The position numbers and the translations under genes are program-made. The notes beneath the pieces are model-generated. The model was not told the origin of the DNA and did not search any database. It was given only the letters and a program-made list of their open reading frames with translations. From Candidatus Nomurabacteria bacterium GW2011_GWA1_36_15 (GTDB lineage Bacteria; Patescibacteriota; Minisyncoccia; Phycocordibacterales; UBA9973): DNA of 64,000 nucleotides. The DNA lies in the NCBI GenBank assembly GCA_000991415.1, contig LBRM01000004.1, positions 1,398 through 65,397 on the forward strand, written 5' to 3'. Within the stretch, counting starts at the first letter, position 1; each line of letters begins with the position of its first letter. This document shows positions 9,329 to 18,696 of the stretch, piece by piece.

Positions 9329-10369
9329 TTGCGTCGGGGGGGGGCTGTTAAAAGTCTTTTCCATAATGTAATAAGTTTATCAAATTTACTTCAAGCTTGG
9401 AAGGAATTTAAAAGGTGTAAAACTAAAAAGACAGATGTTGCTGAATTCGAATTTGATTTAGAAAATAATCTATTTTCTCTACATCAAGAATTGATAAATA
9501 AAACTTACAAACCTACAAAATATCAAGCATTTTTTGTACATGATCCAAAACGCAGACATATACATAAGGCAATAGTCCTAGATAGAGTTTTAAATCAAGC
9601 TATTTTTAGAATTCTTTATCCTATTTTTGATAAACATTTTATTTCTGATTCATATTCTTCACGGGTTAAAAAGGGAACACACGAAGCATCAAGAAGACTT
9701 TTTATAGCTTTACGTAAAAAGAGCGAGAATTGGAAACGACCAGTTTTTGTTCTTAAGTGTGATATTAGAAAATTTTTTGATTCAATAGATCATATTATAT
9801 TATTTGAGTTAATTAAGAAAAAAATTTTAGATATAGATACTTTATGGCTAATCAGCATAATATTACAAAGTTTTGAGAAGTCTTCAAATACTGGGCTTCC
9901 TCTTGGCAATGCGACTAGTCAACTTTTTGCTAATATCTATTTAAATGAATTAGACCAGTTTATAAAACATAAACTCGAAGTTAAGCATTATTTTAGATAT
10001 GCTGATGATTTTGTCATTTTGCAAAATAACAAAATATATCTTGAAAACCTTTTAGAACAGACAGAAGATTTTTTAAAGAATAATTTAAAATTGAATTTGC
10101 ATCCAGATAAAGTTTTTATAAGGAAATTAAAACAAGGAATAGATTTTGTTGGTTATGTTATTTTACCTGATGTGACTGTATTGCGGACAAAAACAAAGAA
10201 AAGAATCTTAAAAAAACTAAAAAAAGCACAAAAAGAATTTCTAGCTGGAAAGATAAGCAAAAACGAGTTTCAACAAATTCAGGCTTCTTATATAGGCGTG
10301 TTGAAACATTGTAGAAGTAATAAAATTAAAAGAGAAATTAAAAAAAGAATGGTTGCTTTTAAAATATAA
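9329..10369 (+). CDS. DGR reverse transcriptase
   Basis: PKRRHI, LKCDIRKFFDSIDH, GLPLGNATSQLFANIYL (SQ signature), RYADD, GIDFVGY; start codon uncertain. Confidence 0.95.
   Translation: MRRGGAVKSLFHNVISLSNLLQAWKEFKRCKTKKTDVAEFEFDLENNLFSLHQELINKTYKPTKYQAFFVHDPKRRHIHKAIVLDRVLNQAIFRILYPIFDKHFISDSYSSRVKKGTHEASRRLFIALRKKSENWKRPVFVLKCDIRKFFDSIDHIILFELIKKKILDIDTLWLISIILQSFEKSSNTGLPLGNATSQLFANIYLNELDQFIKHKLEVKHYFRYADDFVILQNNKIYLENLLEQTEDFLKNNLKLNLHPDKVFIRKLKQGIDFVGYVILPDVTVLRTKTKKRILKKLKKAQKEFLAGKISKNEFQQIQASYIGVLKHCRSNKIKREIKKRMVAFKI
9336..9344. repeat. G9 homopolymer at overlapping 5' ends of avd and RT
   Basis: GCGTC-GGGGGGGGG-CTGTT in an AT-rich context. Confidence 0.9.
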
Positions 10370-10389
10370 AATGCTAATATGTCTATATT

Positions 10390-10608
10390 ATGGTAGTACG
10401 AATGAGACATACAAAGTCGCATACAAAGAACAGGCGTTCTCATCATGCGTTAGTGAGCACAGGTCTTTCTAAGTGCGAAAATTGTAAGAATTTTAAGAAA
10501 CGCCACACAGTTTGCTTGTCCTGTGGATTTTATCGCGGAACGAAAGTATTAGATTTGATTAAAAAAATGGAAAAGAAGCAAAAGAGAGAAAAAGCAAAAA
10601 AGGCATAG
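10390..10608 (+). CDS. rpmF: 50S ribosomal protein L32
   Basis: RRSHHAL, CENC...HTVCLSCGFYRG. Confidence 0.95.
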   Translation: MVVRMRHTKSHTKNRRSHHALVSTGLSKCENCKNFKKRHTVCLSCGFYRGTKVLDLIKKMEKKQKREKAKKA

Positions 10609-10613
10609 AATTA

Positions 10614-10744
10614 GTTAGAAAATTAATGAACGCAGTGAATATAATTTTCTAACCCTGTTAAATCCTATCATAGGCAGGCCTCGCAGAGCGAGGATTTAAC
10701 AGGGTGATGATTTTCATACTCACTTCATTCATTGAAAATCAATT
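10614..10744 (+). promoter_or_regulatory. Structured leader element, copy 1 (before nusB)
   Basis: ACCCTGTTAAAT...ATTTAACAGGGT core flanked by two hairpins; related copies at 20277 and 57139. Confidence 0.75.
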
Positions 10745-11671
10745 ATGGCTAACCGGCACCTTTCAAGATCAATAGTACTCCAAACGCTTTTTGAGTGGGA
10801 TTTTATCTCTACCTCGGGGCAAAATAAAACTTGGACTGATAAAAAAATAAAAGAAGTTCTAAATAAAAATCTTAAAGAATTTGCTCCCGGATTGGAGGAT
10901 AATGTTTTTGTGTTTTCTTTAGTAGAGGAAGTATTGAAAAAATGTAAAGCAGTTGACGAGATAATAAAAAAAGCTGCACCAGACTGGCCGCTGGATAAAA
11001 TTTCCATTGTTGATAGAAATATTTTAAGAATTGGTTTGACAGAACTTCTTTTTGGTAATAGAAATCAAGTACCTCCCAAGGTGGCAATCAATGAAGCAAT
11101 AGAACTGGCTAAAACTTTTGGCGGGGAAAATTCCGGTAAATTTGTGAATGGCGTGCTGGGTGCAGTTTATAAAGAAATTGGCGAACCCGGCAAAGAACAA
11201 ATAAGCAAGAAGAAAAGAAAAGAAGAACCATTAGATATTACAAAGATGCCGGTTGAAAAATTAGGAGGGGCGTTGGTGTACGCAAAAAGAAATGGTAATA
11301 TTTTGTTCGCCTTGGTACATGATGTTTTTGGCTATTGGACTTTATCAAAAGGTAAAGTTGAAGAAAGTGAAGATGTAAAAAATGGCACAATAAGAGAAAT
11401 AAGAGAAGAGATTGGTTTAGATATTATAATTAAAGAAAAGTTGGGAGAAAATGAATATGTAGCTTCTCATCCAGAAAAAGGAAAAATTCTGAAAAAAGTG
11501 GTTTATTTTTTAGCAGAAAGTAAATACCAAAAACTCCAGCTTGAAAATTCCGGCGGGCTAGATGGAGCCAAATGGTTTCAGCTTTCAGAAATTCCGGAAC
11601 TTCGCATTTATAATGATATTATTCCACTTATCACCAAGGCGATTGAAATACTGAATAGTGGAAAGTTATAA
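10745..11671 (+). CDS. nusB: NusB fused to C-terminal NUDIX hydrolase
   Basis: DRNILR, PPKVAINEAIELAKTFG, FVNGVL; then KGKVEESE...REIREEIG Nudix box. Confidence 0.9.
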   Translation: MANRHLSRSIVLQTLFEWDFISTSGQNKTWTDKKIKEVLNKNLKEFAPGLEDNVFVFSLVEEVLKKCKAVDEIIKKAAPDWPLDKISIVDRNILRIGLTELLFGNRNQVPPKVAINEAIELAKTFGGENSGKFVNGVLGAVYKEIGEPGKEQISKKKRKEEPLDITKMPVEKLGGALVYAKRNGNILFALVHDVFGYWTLSKGKVEESEDVKNGTIREIREEIGLDIIIKEKLGENEYVASHPEKGKILKKVVYFLAESKYQKLQLENSGGLDGAKWFQLSEIPELRIYNDIIPLITKAIEILNSGKL

Positions 11672-11699
11672 AGTTTATAAAGTAAAAAGTAAAAATATT

Positions 11700-12395
11700 A
11701 TGATTCGATTTTCGGATTTTGAAAAAAATACAAAAATAATCTTCAAAGACAAAAATTTATTGAAGCAAGCTTTTATACACCGTTCTTATATAAATGAGAA
11801 CCCGGGCTCTTTTCTTTCGCATAATGAACGTCTAGAATTTTTGGGTGATGCCGTGCTTGAACTTATTGTTACCGATTTTCTTTATAAAAAATATTTAAAT
11901 TATACGGAAGGAGAGCTGACTGCCATTCGTTCAGCTCTAGTGAATGCTGTTATTATTTCTGAAGTCGCCTTAAAAATTGGGATGAATGACTACTTGCTTT
12001 TGTCTAAAGGTGAAGCCAGAGACAATGGCAAGGCGAGACAATATATTTTAGCTAACACATACGAAGCGTATGTTGGGGCAGTTTATTTGGACCAGGGCTA
12101 TGATGTCGCAAATAAATTTATAGCCGCCACTCTTTTGCCTCATACGGAAGAAATTGTTTCTAAAAAACTTTGGCGAGATGCGAAAAGTTTAGTGCAGGAA
12201 AAAACGCAAGAATTTGTCGGGGTTACTCCTGTTTATAAAGTTTTACACGAGTCTGGTCCTGATCATGATAAGCATTTTACAGTGGGTATTTATTTTGGTC
12301 CTAATTTGATTACGGAAGGTAAAGGTAAATCAAAACAAGAAGCAGAACAAAAGGCGGCAGAGATGGCATTAAAAATAAAAAATTGGATTGAATAA
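11700..12395 (+). CDS. rnc: Ribonuclease III
   Basis: HNERLEFLGDAVL, dsRBD with GPDHDKHF and KQEAEQKAA. Confidence 0.97.
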   Translation: MIRFSDFEKNTKIIFKDKNLLKQAFIHRSYINENPGSFLSHNERLEFLGDAVLELIVTDFLYKKYLNYTEGELTAIRSALVNAVIISEVALKIGMNDYLLLSKGEARDNGKARQYILANTYEAYVGAVYLDQGYDVANKFIAATLLPHTEEIVSKKLWRDAKSLVQEKTQEFVGVTPVYKVLHESGPDHDKHFTVGIYFGPNLITEGKGKSKQEAEQKAAEMALKIKNWIE

Positions 12396-12396
12396 T

Positions 12397-14661
12397 ATGC
12401 GGCTGAAGAACCTTGAAATAAATGGTTTTAAATCTTTTTCTAGAAAAACAGTTTTAGAGTTTCAAAATCCCATTGTTTCTATCGTTGGTCCGAATGGATC
12501 TGGTAAATCGAACGTAGTGGAAGCACTTCGCTTTGTATTGGGAGAACAATCGATAAAATCAATGCGCGGATCTTTGGGGTCTGATTTAATTTTTAAAGGA
12601 TCAAAAAATTTACCTAAAAGCTCTCGGGCGGTTGTCGCCATATATTTTGATAATTCCGATAAAATTTTCAAACTTTCTAATGAAACAGGCGAGAATATTA
12701 ATTTGAATTATGATGTTATTTCAATTTCTCGCGAAGTTTATCCTGATGGGCTGAACAAATATATTTTAAACGGTTCGGAAGTAAGATTAAAGGATATTAA
12801 TAATCTTTTATCCTCAGTCAATATTGGTTCTTCGGGACATCAAATCATTTCTCAAGGTGAGGCGGATAGAATTTTAAATGCTTCTCCCAGAGATAGAAGG
12901 GAAATGGTGGAAGATGCCCTTGGCCTTAAAATTTATCAATACAAAATAAAAGAAGCCGGACGTAAACTGGAAAGGACAACCGACAACATGAAAGAAGTTT
13001 CGCTTTTGCGTCGGGAAAATGCTCCACATTTGAATTTTTTAAAAAAGCAAGTAGATAAATTCGAAAAAGCGAAAGAAATGCAGATAACCTTGTTATCTTT
13101 GTATAAAGAATATTTTAAAAAAGAAGACATTTATTTGGAAAAAGAACGATCCAGTTTGCTTTTGGAAAGGAATAAAATTTCTTCAGAATTAAAAAGTGTT
13201 AAAGAAAAAATTTCTGAAGTGGATGTGGTTGATAAAAAAGAGGAAAACAAAAACGAAGAGGAATTAAAAATTCTGGAGAAGAAAATTGGCGAGATTCATG
13301 GAATTAAAAATGAGATAGAACACAAACTGGGACGCCTTGAGGGAATGATGGAAATGGAAGAACATAGAAAAGAAAAAATGCCAGAAGTTGTAATAAAAAA
13401 CTCCGGAGAAATTAAAGAAATATTTGATGAAATTAGTTCTGAGATAGAAGGAGCTATAGTGGAAGATAATATAGCAGAAGTTAAAATCATTCTTTTAAGA
13501 ATTCGAAATATTTTAAAAGAATTTTCTGGAAATATAATTTCTTCAGGTCCTCGGTTCTCCGGGTCCCTATCCCGGCCAGACCATTCAAAAACTATATTTC
13601 CAGAGAATCCTGAGTTAAAAAAGAATCAGCAAGAAATTTTGGTTGAAATGCAAAATATTAAAGAAGAAGAAAATAAAATTTTTGAGAAGATAGAGATATT
13701 GAAAAGAAAAATTATCCAGGAGAATGAAACCTTACATACCAGAGAAAAGGAGAAGTTTAATTTTAGAGTTAGATATCAAGAACTAGCTTCTTCTTTAGGG
13801 CTTATATCTGTAAAGGAGGAAAATTTGGCAAAAGAAATAGAAGCCTTTAAAAATGAGATAAAAGAGGGTTCTATACTTATTGGAAGTGAGATTCTTTCTT
13901 ATAAAAGTTTTGAAATAAAGGGGTCAATAGATAGAAGTATACAAGAAGAACTAAAGAAAAAAATTGAACGTATTAAAATAAAATTGGAAGATGTTGGTTT
14001 GGGCGGGGGGTCTGAAGTAATTAAAGAATTTGAAGAAGTATCACGGAGAGATAATTTTTTGGCAAAAGAGATGGAAGATTTAGCTGTAAGCATAGAATCA
14101 CTGCGTAAGCTTATGGCAGACTTAAAGGAAAAAATAGACATAGAATTCAAAAATGGTGTCGAAAAAATAAACAAAGAATTTCATAAATTCTTTTCGCTTA
14201 TGTTTAATGGGGGGACAGGATCCCTTTCCATTATAATTGAAAACAAAAAGAAATCCTCCGTCGCCGAGACTTCGGAGGATGAGGAAGAAGAAAATATTGT
14301 ACAAGAACAGGGTATTGAAATTAATGTTTCACTTCCGCATAAAAAAGTAAAGGAACTTAATGCGCTTTCAGGCGGAGAAAGATCTCTTGCCTCTATTGCT
14401 CTTCTTTTTGCTATGTCCCAAGTGAATCCACCGCCTTTCTTAGTTTTAGATGAGACAGATGCTGCTCTGGATGAAGCAAATTCCTGCAAATATGGAGATA
14501 TGCTAGAAAAACTTTCCCAGCATTCTCAACTTATTGTTGTCACTCATAACAGGGAAACTATGTCTAGAGCTGATATTTTATATGGCGTAACCATAGGCAA
14601 CGACGGCGCCTCAAAACTTCTTTCGGTCAAACTCGATGAAGCTACCGCAATTGCGAAATAA
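12397..14661 (+). CDS. smc: SMC-family ATPase, short (about 754 aa)
   Basis: GFKSF, GPNGSGKSN, LSGGE, LDETDAALD, VTH; follows rnc. Confidence 0.85.
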   Translation: MRLKNLEINGFKSFSRKTVLEFQNPIVSIVGPNGSGKSNVVEALRFVLGEQSIKSMRGSLGSDLIFKGSKNLPKSSRAVVAIYFDNSDKIFKLSNETGENINLNYDVISISREVYPDGLNKYILNGSEVRLKDINNLLSSVNIGSSGHQIISQGEADRILNASPRDRREMVEDALGLKIYQYKIKEAGRKLERTTDNMKEVSLLRRENAPHLNFLKKQVDKFEKAKEMQITLLSLYKEYFKKEDIYLEKERSSLLLERNKISSELKSVKEKISEVDVVDKKEENKNEEELKILEKKIGEIHGIKNEIEHKLGRLEGMMEMEEHRKEKMPEVVIKNSGEIKEIFDEISSEIEGAIVEDNIAEVKIILLRIRNILKEFSGNIISSGPRFSGSLSRPDHSKTIFPENPELKKNQQEILVEMQNIKEEENKIFEKIEILKRKIIQENETLHTREKEKFNFRVRYQELASSLGLISVKEENLAKEIEAFKNEIKEGSILIGSEILSYKSFEIKGSIDRSIQEELKKKIERIKIKLEDVGLGGGSEVIKEFEEVSRRDNFLAKEMEDLAVSIESLRKLMADLKEKIDIEFKNGVEKINKEFHKFFSLMFNGGTGSLSIIIENKKKSSVAETSEDEEEENIVQEQGIEINVSLPHKKVKELNALSGGERSLASIALLFAMSQVNPPPFLVLDETDAALDEANSCKYGDMLEKLSQHSQLIVVTHNRETMSRADILYGVTIGNDGASKLLSVKLDEATAIAK

Positions 14662-14678
14662 CTTTTTAACAAAATTTA

Positions 14679-16571
14679 TTAATTAAATTCAATTTTTTCT
14701 TCCTTGCCTCCCGTTATTGTGTCTGGTTGGAAGAATTTATTCAATTTTAGAATATTTTTCTTGATAGACATATTTCCATTTTTCTCCAATTTAATTTCAA
14801 GAAGCATTCCCTTCATGGTATTTTCAGAGAAGCCTTGGTCAAAAATAAAATTGCCCAAAGAATAAGCAATAAAACCATTTTTATAAACTTCCGTATCTTC
14901 TATCACATGAGGATGATGGCCAACTACTATTTTAGCTCCAGCATCTATGGCTTTGTGGGCTAAGTATTCTTGTCTGGCATTGTGTTTAGTTTGGTATTCT
15001 TCACCAAAATGTATTGAGACTATTAAATACTCAACTTGTTTTGAGGCATTTTGGATTATTTCATCAAAACGCGGATTATTGGCAAGCAGGACACCAGCTT
15101 GATTTTCAGTTGATTTTATCCATTCAGGTCCAACATCAGAAAATCCTAAATATCCTATTTTAATTCCATATTTTTCTATAATTACAGGATTTTCTGCTTC
15201 GCTTGCATTCACCCCTCCACCTATATATGAGATTTCGTTTTCTTTTAAATGCGCCAAGGTATCAGTATAGGCATCACGCCCCCAATCTCCAACATGATTG
15301 TTGGCAACTGAAACTACGGAGATTCCTGCACCCTTCAAAGCAGGTACGGCGGAGGGATCCATTCTAAATGAATATAAATTGCGCATATCTTTCCCTACGT
15401 CAGATATTGGACCTTCCAGATTGGCAAAAACGATGTCAGATTTTTTCAAGATCCCTAATTTTTCGAAAAGCGCTGAATAATCCCCGTTAAAATTTTTATT
15501 TACGGAATTTTTAACTCCGCGATCAAGCATTATGTCTCCGCCCAAGAGGAGAGTTACAAAATCTTTATCATATATTTCAGGCATATCAGTTCTTTCTTTC
15601 ACCCAAGCCGTATTAGCATCTGCCTCCCCACCATAATATATATTTTTGTTTAAATATTTTAGAATATTTTCTACATCTTTGAAGCGATCTTTGCTTTGTA
15701 AAAGAGTAATTGCTATGTGGCGTACCCCAGTTTCTGATAAAGGAATTGAAAAAAGAGAAACAACTGTTTGTAAAGCGGGATCTGTATATCCGCTTTTACC
15801 GCCGAGATACCCTTCCTCATGTAAAAATTGATTATTGCTGGACCAGTTGTGTTTTTTGTTGGAATAACTGCGTTTGGTTGTGATTTGAAATAGGTCTGGT
15901 TTTTTTTGATTTAAATATCCAGCTAGTTTGAACATATCAAAAACAGTCGATTGGTTTTTGAGAGAAAGCCCACTCGGATCCCCGAAAGTAGTTTTAGATA
16001 ATTCTAATTTGTTGGCTGTCTGATTCATTTTTTTTATGAAAGTATCTCGACCGAAATATTCGGCTATTATTTCTGCAGCGTCATTGCTTGATTCTAAGAG
16101 CAGGGGATAAATAAGATCTGTAATTTTTATTTTTTCTCCTAATTTTAAGCTGCCATTTTCTCCATATGTCCCTAATGCTTTTTTAGAAACCTTAGCAATA
16201 TCATCTGGATTCATCAATTCTGTAGCGATAAAAGCAGTCATAAGCTTGGAAACTGAAGCGATCGGAAATTGTTGGTCTTGATTTTTTGTTAGGATAATCT
16301 CTCCTGTATCTAAATCACCAACTAAATAAGCCTCGGCTGAAACTTTTGGTTTTTGATTTAGATTTTTAGGATCTTTTATAGAATAAAAATATTTTGGTGT
16401 TGTTTCTTTGGCTGTCAAAGATTCTATTGCTATGGCTGTATTTTCGTATGGTTTTGTCGTTTTTTCATATCCAATATTTTTTAAAAAGAAAGATACAGAA
16501 AACACACCGATGATAATAGCGGATATTATCCAAAATCCAAATTTAATTTTTGAGTGGGAGACGAGCCTCAT
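14679..16571 (-). CDS. D-Ala-D-Ala carboxypeptidase (S11) fused to CapA/PGA_cap metallophosphatase
   Basis: N-terminal TM; ASVSKLMT, SSN, KSG; then GDIMLDR, NLEG, ANNH, HFGEEY, GHHPH, YSLGNF. Confidence 0.85.
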   Translation of the reverse strand: MRLVSHSKIKFGFWIISAIIIGVFSVSFFLKNIGYEKTTKPYENTAIAIESLTAKETTPKYFYSIKDPKNLNQKPKVSAEAYLVGDLDTGEIILTKNQDQQFPIASVSKLMTAFIATELMNPDDIAKVSKKALGTYGENGSLKLGEKIKITDLIYPLLLESSNDAAEIIAEYFGRDTFIKKMNQTANKLELSKTTFGDPSGLSLKNQSTVFDMFKLAGYLNQKKPDLFQITTKRSYSNKKHNWSSNNQFLHEEGYLGGKSGYTDPALQTVVSLFSIPLSETGVRHIAITLLQSKDRFKDVENILKYLNKNIYYGGEADANTAWVKERTDMPEIYDKDFVTLLLGGDIMLDRGVKNSVNKNFNGDYSALFEKLGILKKSDIVFANLEGPISDVGKDMRNLYSFRMDPSAVPALKGAGISVVSVANNHVGDWGRDAYTDTLAHLKENEISYIGGGVNASEAENPVIIEKYGIKIGYLGFSDVGPEWIKSTENQAGVLLANNPRFDEIIQNASKQVEYLIVSIHFGEEYQTKHNARQEYLAHKAIDAGAKIVVGHHPHVIEDTEVYKNGFIAYSLGNFIFDQGFSENTMKGMLLEIKLEKNGNMSIKKNILKLNKFFQPDTITGGKEEKIEFN

Positions 16572-18559
16572 ATTAATAGGTAATCTATCGTTTTTCTTTC
16601 CAAATCGACATTTTTCACTTTTATTTTAATACAATCACCCAGACGATATTTTTTCTTCTTTTTTTGTCCAACTAATTCTAATTTTTTTTCATTAAAAACA
16701 TAGAAATCGTCCTGTATATCTCTCACTCGCACCAAACCTTCGCATTTTGTTTCCATTTCTTCTACATAAACACCCCATTCCGTTACTCCACTTATAATTC
16801 CCTTAAATACTTGGCCGATGCGAGAAGACATATATTCAACTTGTTTATATTTTATAGAAGCTCGCTCCGCATCCGAAGCGCATTTCTCTTGTTCTGAAGA
16901 TTTTCTGGAAATTTCTTCATAGATGCTTAATTTTTCTTTACCTACTTTCAACCCTTTCAAATGATCAGTCAAAAGTCTATGTACCACTATATCGGGATAT
17001 CGTCTGATAGGAGAGGTAAAATGGGCATAATATTCGAAAGCCAGACCATAATGCCCGACATTTTTTGTGGAATAAATCGCTTTGGCCATGGAGCGTATAA
17101 CTGCGCGATGCACTGTATTTTCTTCATTTTTGCCTGACAGACTTTTTAAAAGATTATTTATTTCGTATGTCGGTATTATTCCGTCTATTAAAGATATTTT
17201 ATATCCCAAGCTTCTTAGAAAAAATGCCAAATCAGCCATTTTTTCTTTGCTGGGATTGTCATGAATACGATAGACAAATACATTATCTTCCTTTTTTGTG
17301 CCCTTAGAAATAGTTTCCGCCACTTTTTTATTTGCTAAAAGCATAAATTCTTCAATTAATTTATTAGAATCACCCTGTTCTTTTTTTATTACTTTTATCG
17401 GTACTCCATTTTTATCTAAAATAAATTTTACTTCTTCTTGATCAAGCGATATTGCGCCGTTGGCGAATCTTTCTTTAGTTAATTTCTTTGCTAAATCATT
17501 TAAAATAGAAAGTTCTTTATGCAATGGAGATTTTATTTTTTTAATGGATTCTTCTGCTTCTTCATAAGTAAACCTTTTTTGAGAATGTATGACAGTACGT
17601 CCGAACCATTCTTTTTTCACAATTGCATTTCTGTCTATAATAAAAACCGCGCTGATGGTAAGCCTGTCCTTATTAGGCAACAAAGAACATAAATCATTTG
17701 AAAGTATTTCTGGCAGCATCGGTATTGTCCTATCAACCAAATATACGGAAGTTCCTCTATTTTTCGCTTCGTGGTCAAGTTCACTTCCAATCTTTACATA
17801 ATGGGAAACATCAGCTATATGTATACCTATTTCATACATGCCCGCCATAGCCTTAGCGTCGGTGGGTTCGTTTCCGCTTATTTCCCTGAAAGATATTGCA
17901 TCGTCAAAATCTTTTGCATCTTCAGGATCAATAGTGAAAGTGAGAATTTTTCTGAAATCGCGTCGTCTCGTGAAATCCTCGTTTTTTATTCCAAGATCTC
18001 TAATTTTTTTAGCTTCTTCTTTTATTTTTTGGGGGAAATCACTGTCAAAACCCTTCTCTATAGCGATAGCGTGCATTTCCGCATTATTGTCACCTGGTTT
18101 TCCTAAAATTTTTATTACTTTTCCTTCTGGCGCTTTAAGTGGATCTTTCCAAGAAATGATTTCTACATAAACCTTCTGTCCAGCTTTTGCGCCGTTTAAC
18201 CCGCCCACTTCGCGATGCGAAGTGTTTCGGGCAGGCATTTTTTCTGGTATCAGGATGTCAGTATACATTTTAGTGTCGTCAGGTTTTAGAAAATATAATC
18301 CGTTTTCCTTTTCTAAAACTCCCGAAAAGCCGATTTTAGCACGTGAAATTATTTTAGAAACTTCTGCAGTGAGTCGTCCGTGACCTTTAGTATGCAAGAT
18401 AATTTCAACCATATCGCCATGCAAGGCTGTGTTTAAATGACGGAAATCAATCTCCGAATCTTCTTCATAATCAGGAGTCCTAACATACCCAATACCTTTA
18501 GAAGAAATTGATATGACACCCTGTGTTGTTTTCGTAATTTTTTTTGCTTCTTTTCTCAT
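16568..18559 (-). CDS. rnr: Ribonuclease R
   Basis: TIDPEDAKDFDDA, HIADVSHYV, HFTSPIRRYPD, C-terminal S1. Confidence 0.95.
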   Translation of the reverse strand: MRKEAKKITKTTQGVISISSKGIGYVRTPDYEEDSEIDFRHLNTALHGDMVEIILHTKGHGRLTAEVSKIISRAKIGFSGVLEKENGLYFLKPDDTKMYTDILIPEKMPARNTSHREVGGLNGAKAGQKVYVEIISWKDPLKAPEGKVIKILGKPGDNNAEMHAIAIEKGFDSDFPQKIKEEAKKIRDLGIKNEDFTRRRDFRKILTFTIDPEDAKDFDDAISFREISGNEPTDAKAMAGMYEIGIHIADVSHYVKIGSELDHEAKNRGTSVYLVDRTIPMLPEILSNDLCSLLPNKDRLTISAVFIIDRNAIVKKEWFGRTVIHSQKRFTYEEAEESIKKIKSPLHKELSILNDLAKKLTKERFANGAISLDQEEVKFILDKNGVPIKVIKKEQGDSNKLIEEFMLLANKKVAETISKGTKKEDNVFVYRIHDNPSKEKMADLAFFLRSLGYKISLIDGIIPTYEINNLLKSLSGKNEENTVHRAVIRSMAKAIYSTKNVGHYGLAFEYYAHFTSPIRRYPDIVVHRLLTDHLKGLKVGKEKLSIYEEISRKSSEQEKCASDAERASIKYKQVEYMSSRIGQVFKGIISGVTEWGVYVEEMETKCEGLVRVRDIQDDFYVFNEKKLELVGQKKKKKYRLGDCIKIKVKNVDLERKTIDYLLI

Positions 18560-18696
18560 TGTTATTAAATATAACATATTTTTTTTTATTTGCCTTTTTT
18601 GTAAGTTATGTTAGACTGTCCTTACCTGTCCCATACTAAATTTTTGATTACGGGGCATAAAGGTAAAAGATTATTAGTTAAAATTTTGGTATTGGG

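Larger units (their letters stand above)
7838..10369 (+). mobile_element. Diversity-generating retroelement: target(VR)-hairpin-TR-avd(antisense)-RT
   Basis: All canonical DGR components within 2.5 kb between thrS and rpmF. Confidence 0.95.

Noticed and set aside
9329-10369. RT as group II intron, retron or CRISPR-associated RT
   Set aside because: SQ motif, no maturase or endonuclease extension, and adjacent TR/VR plus Avd indicate a DGR.
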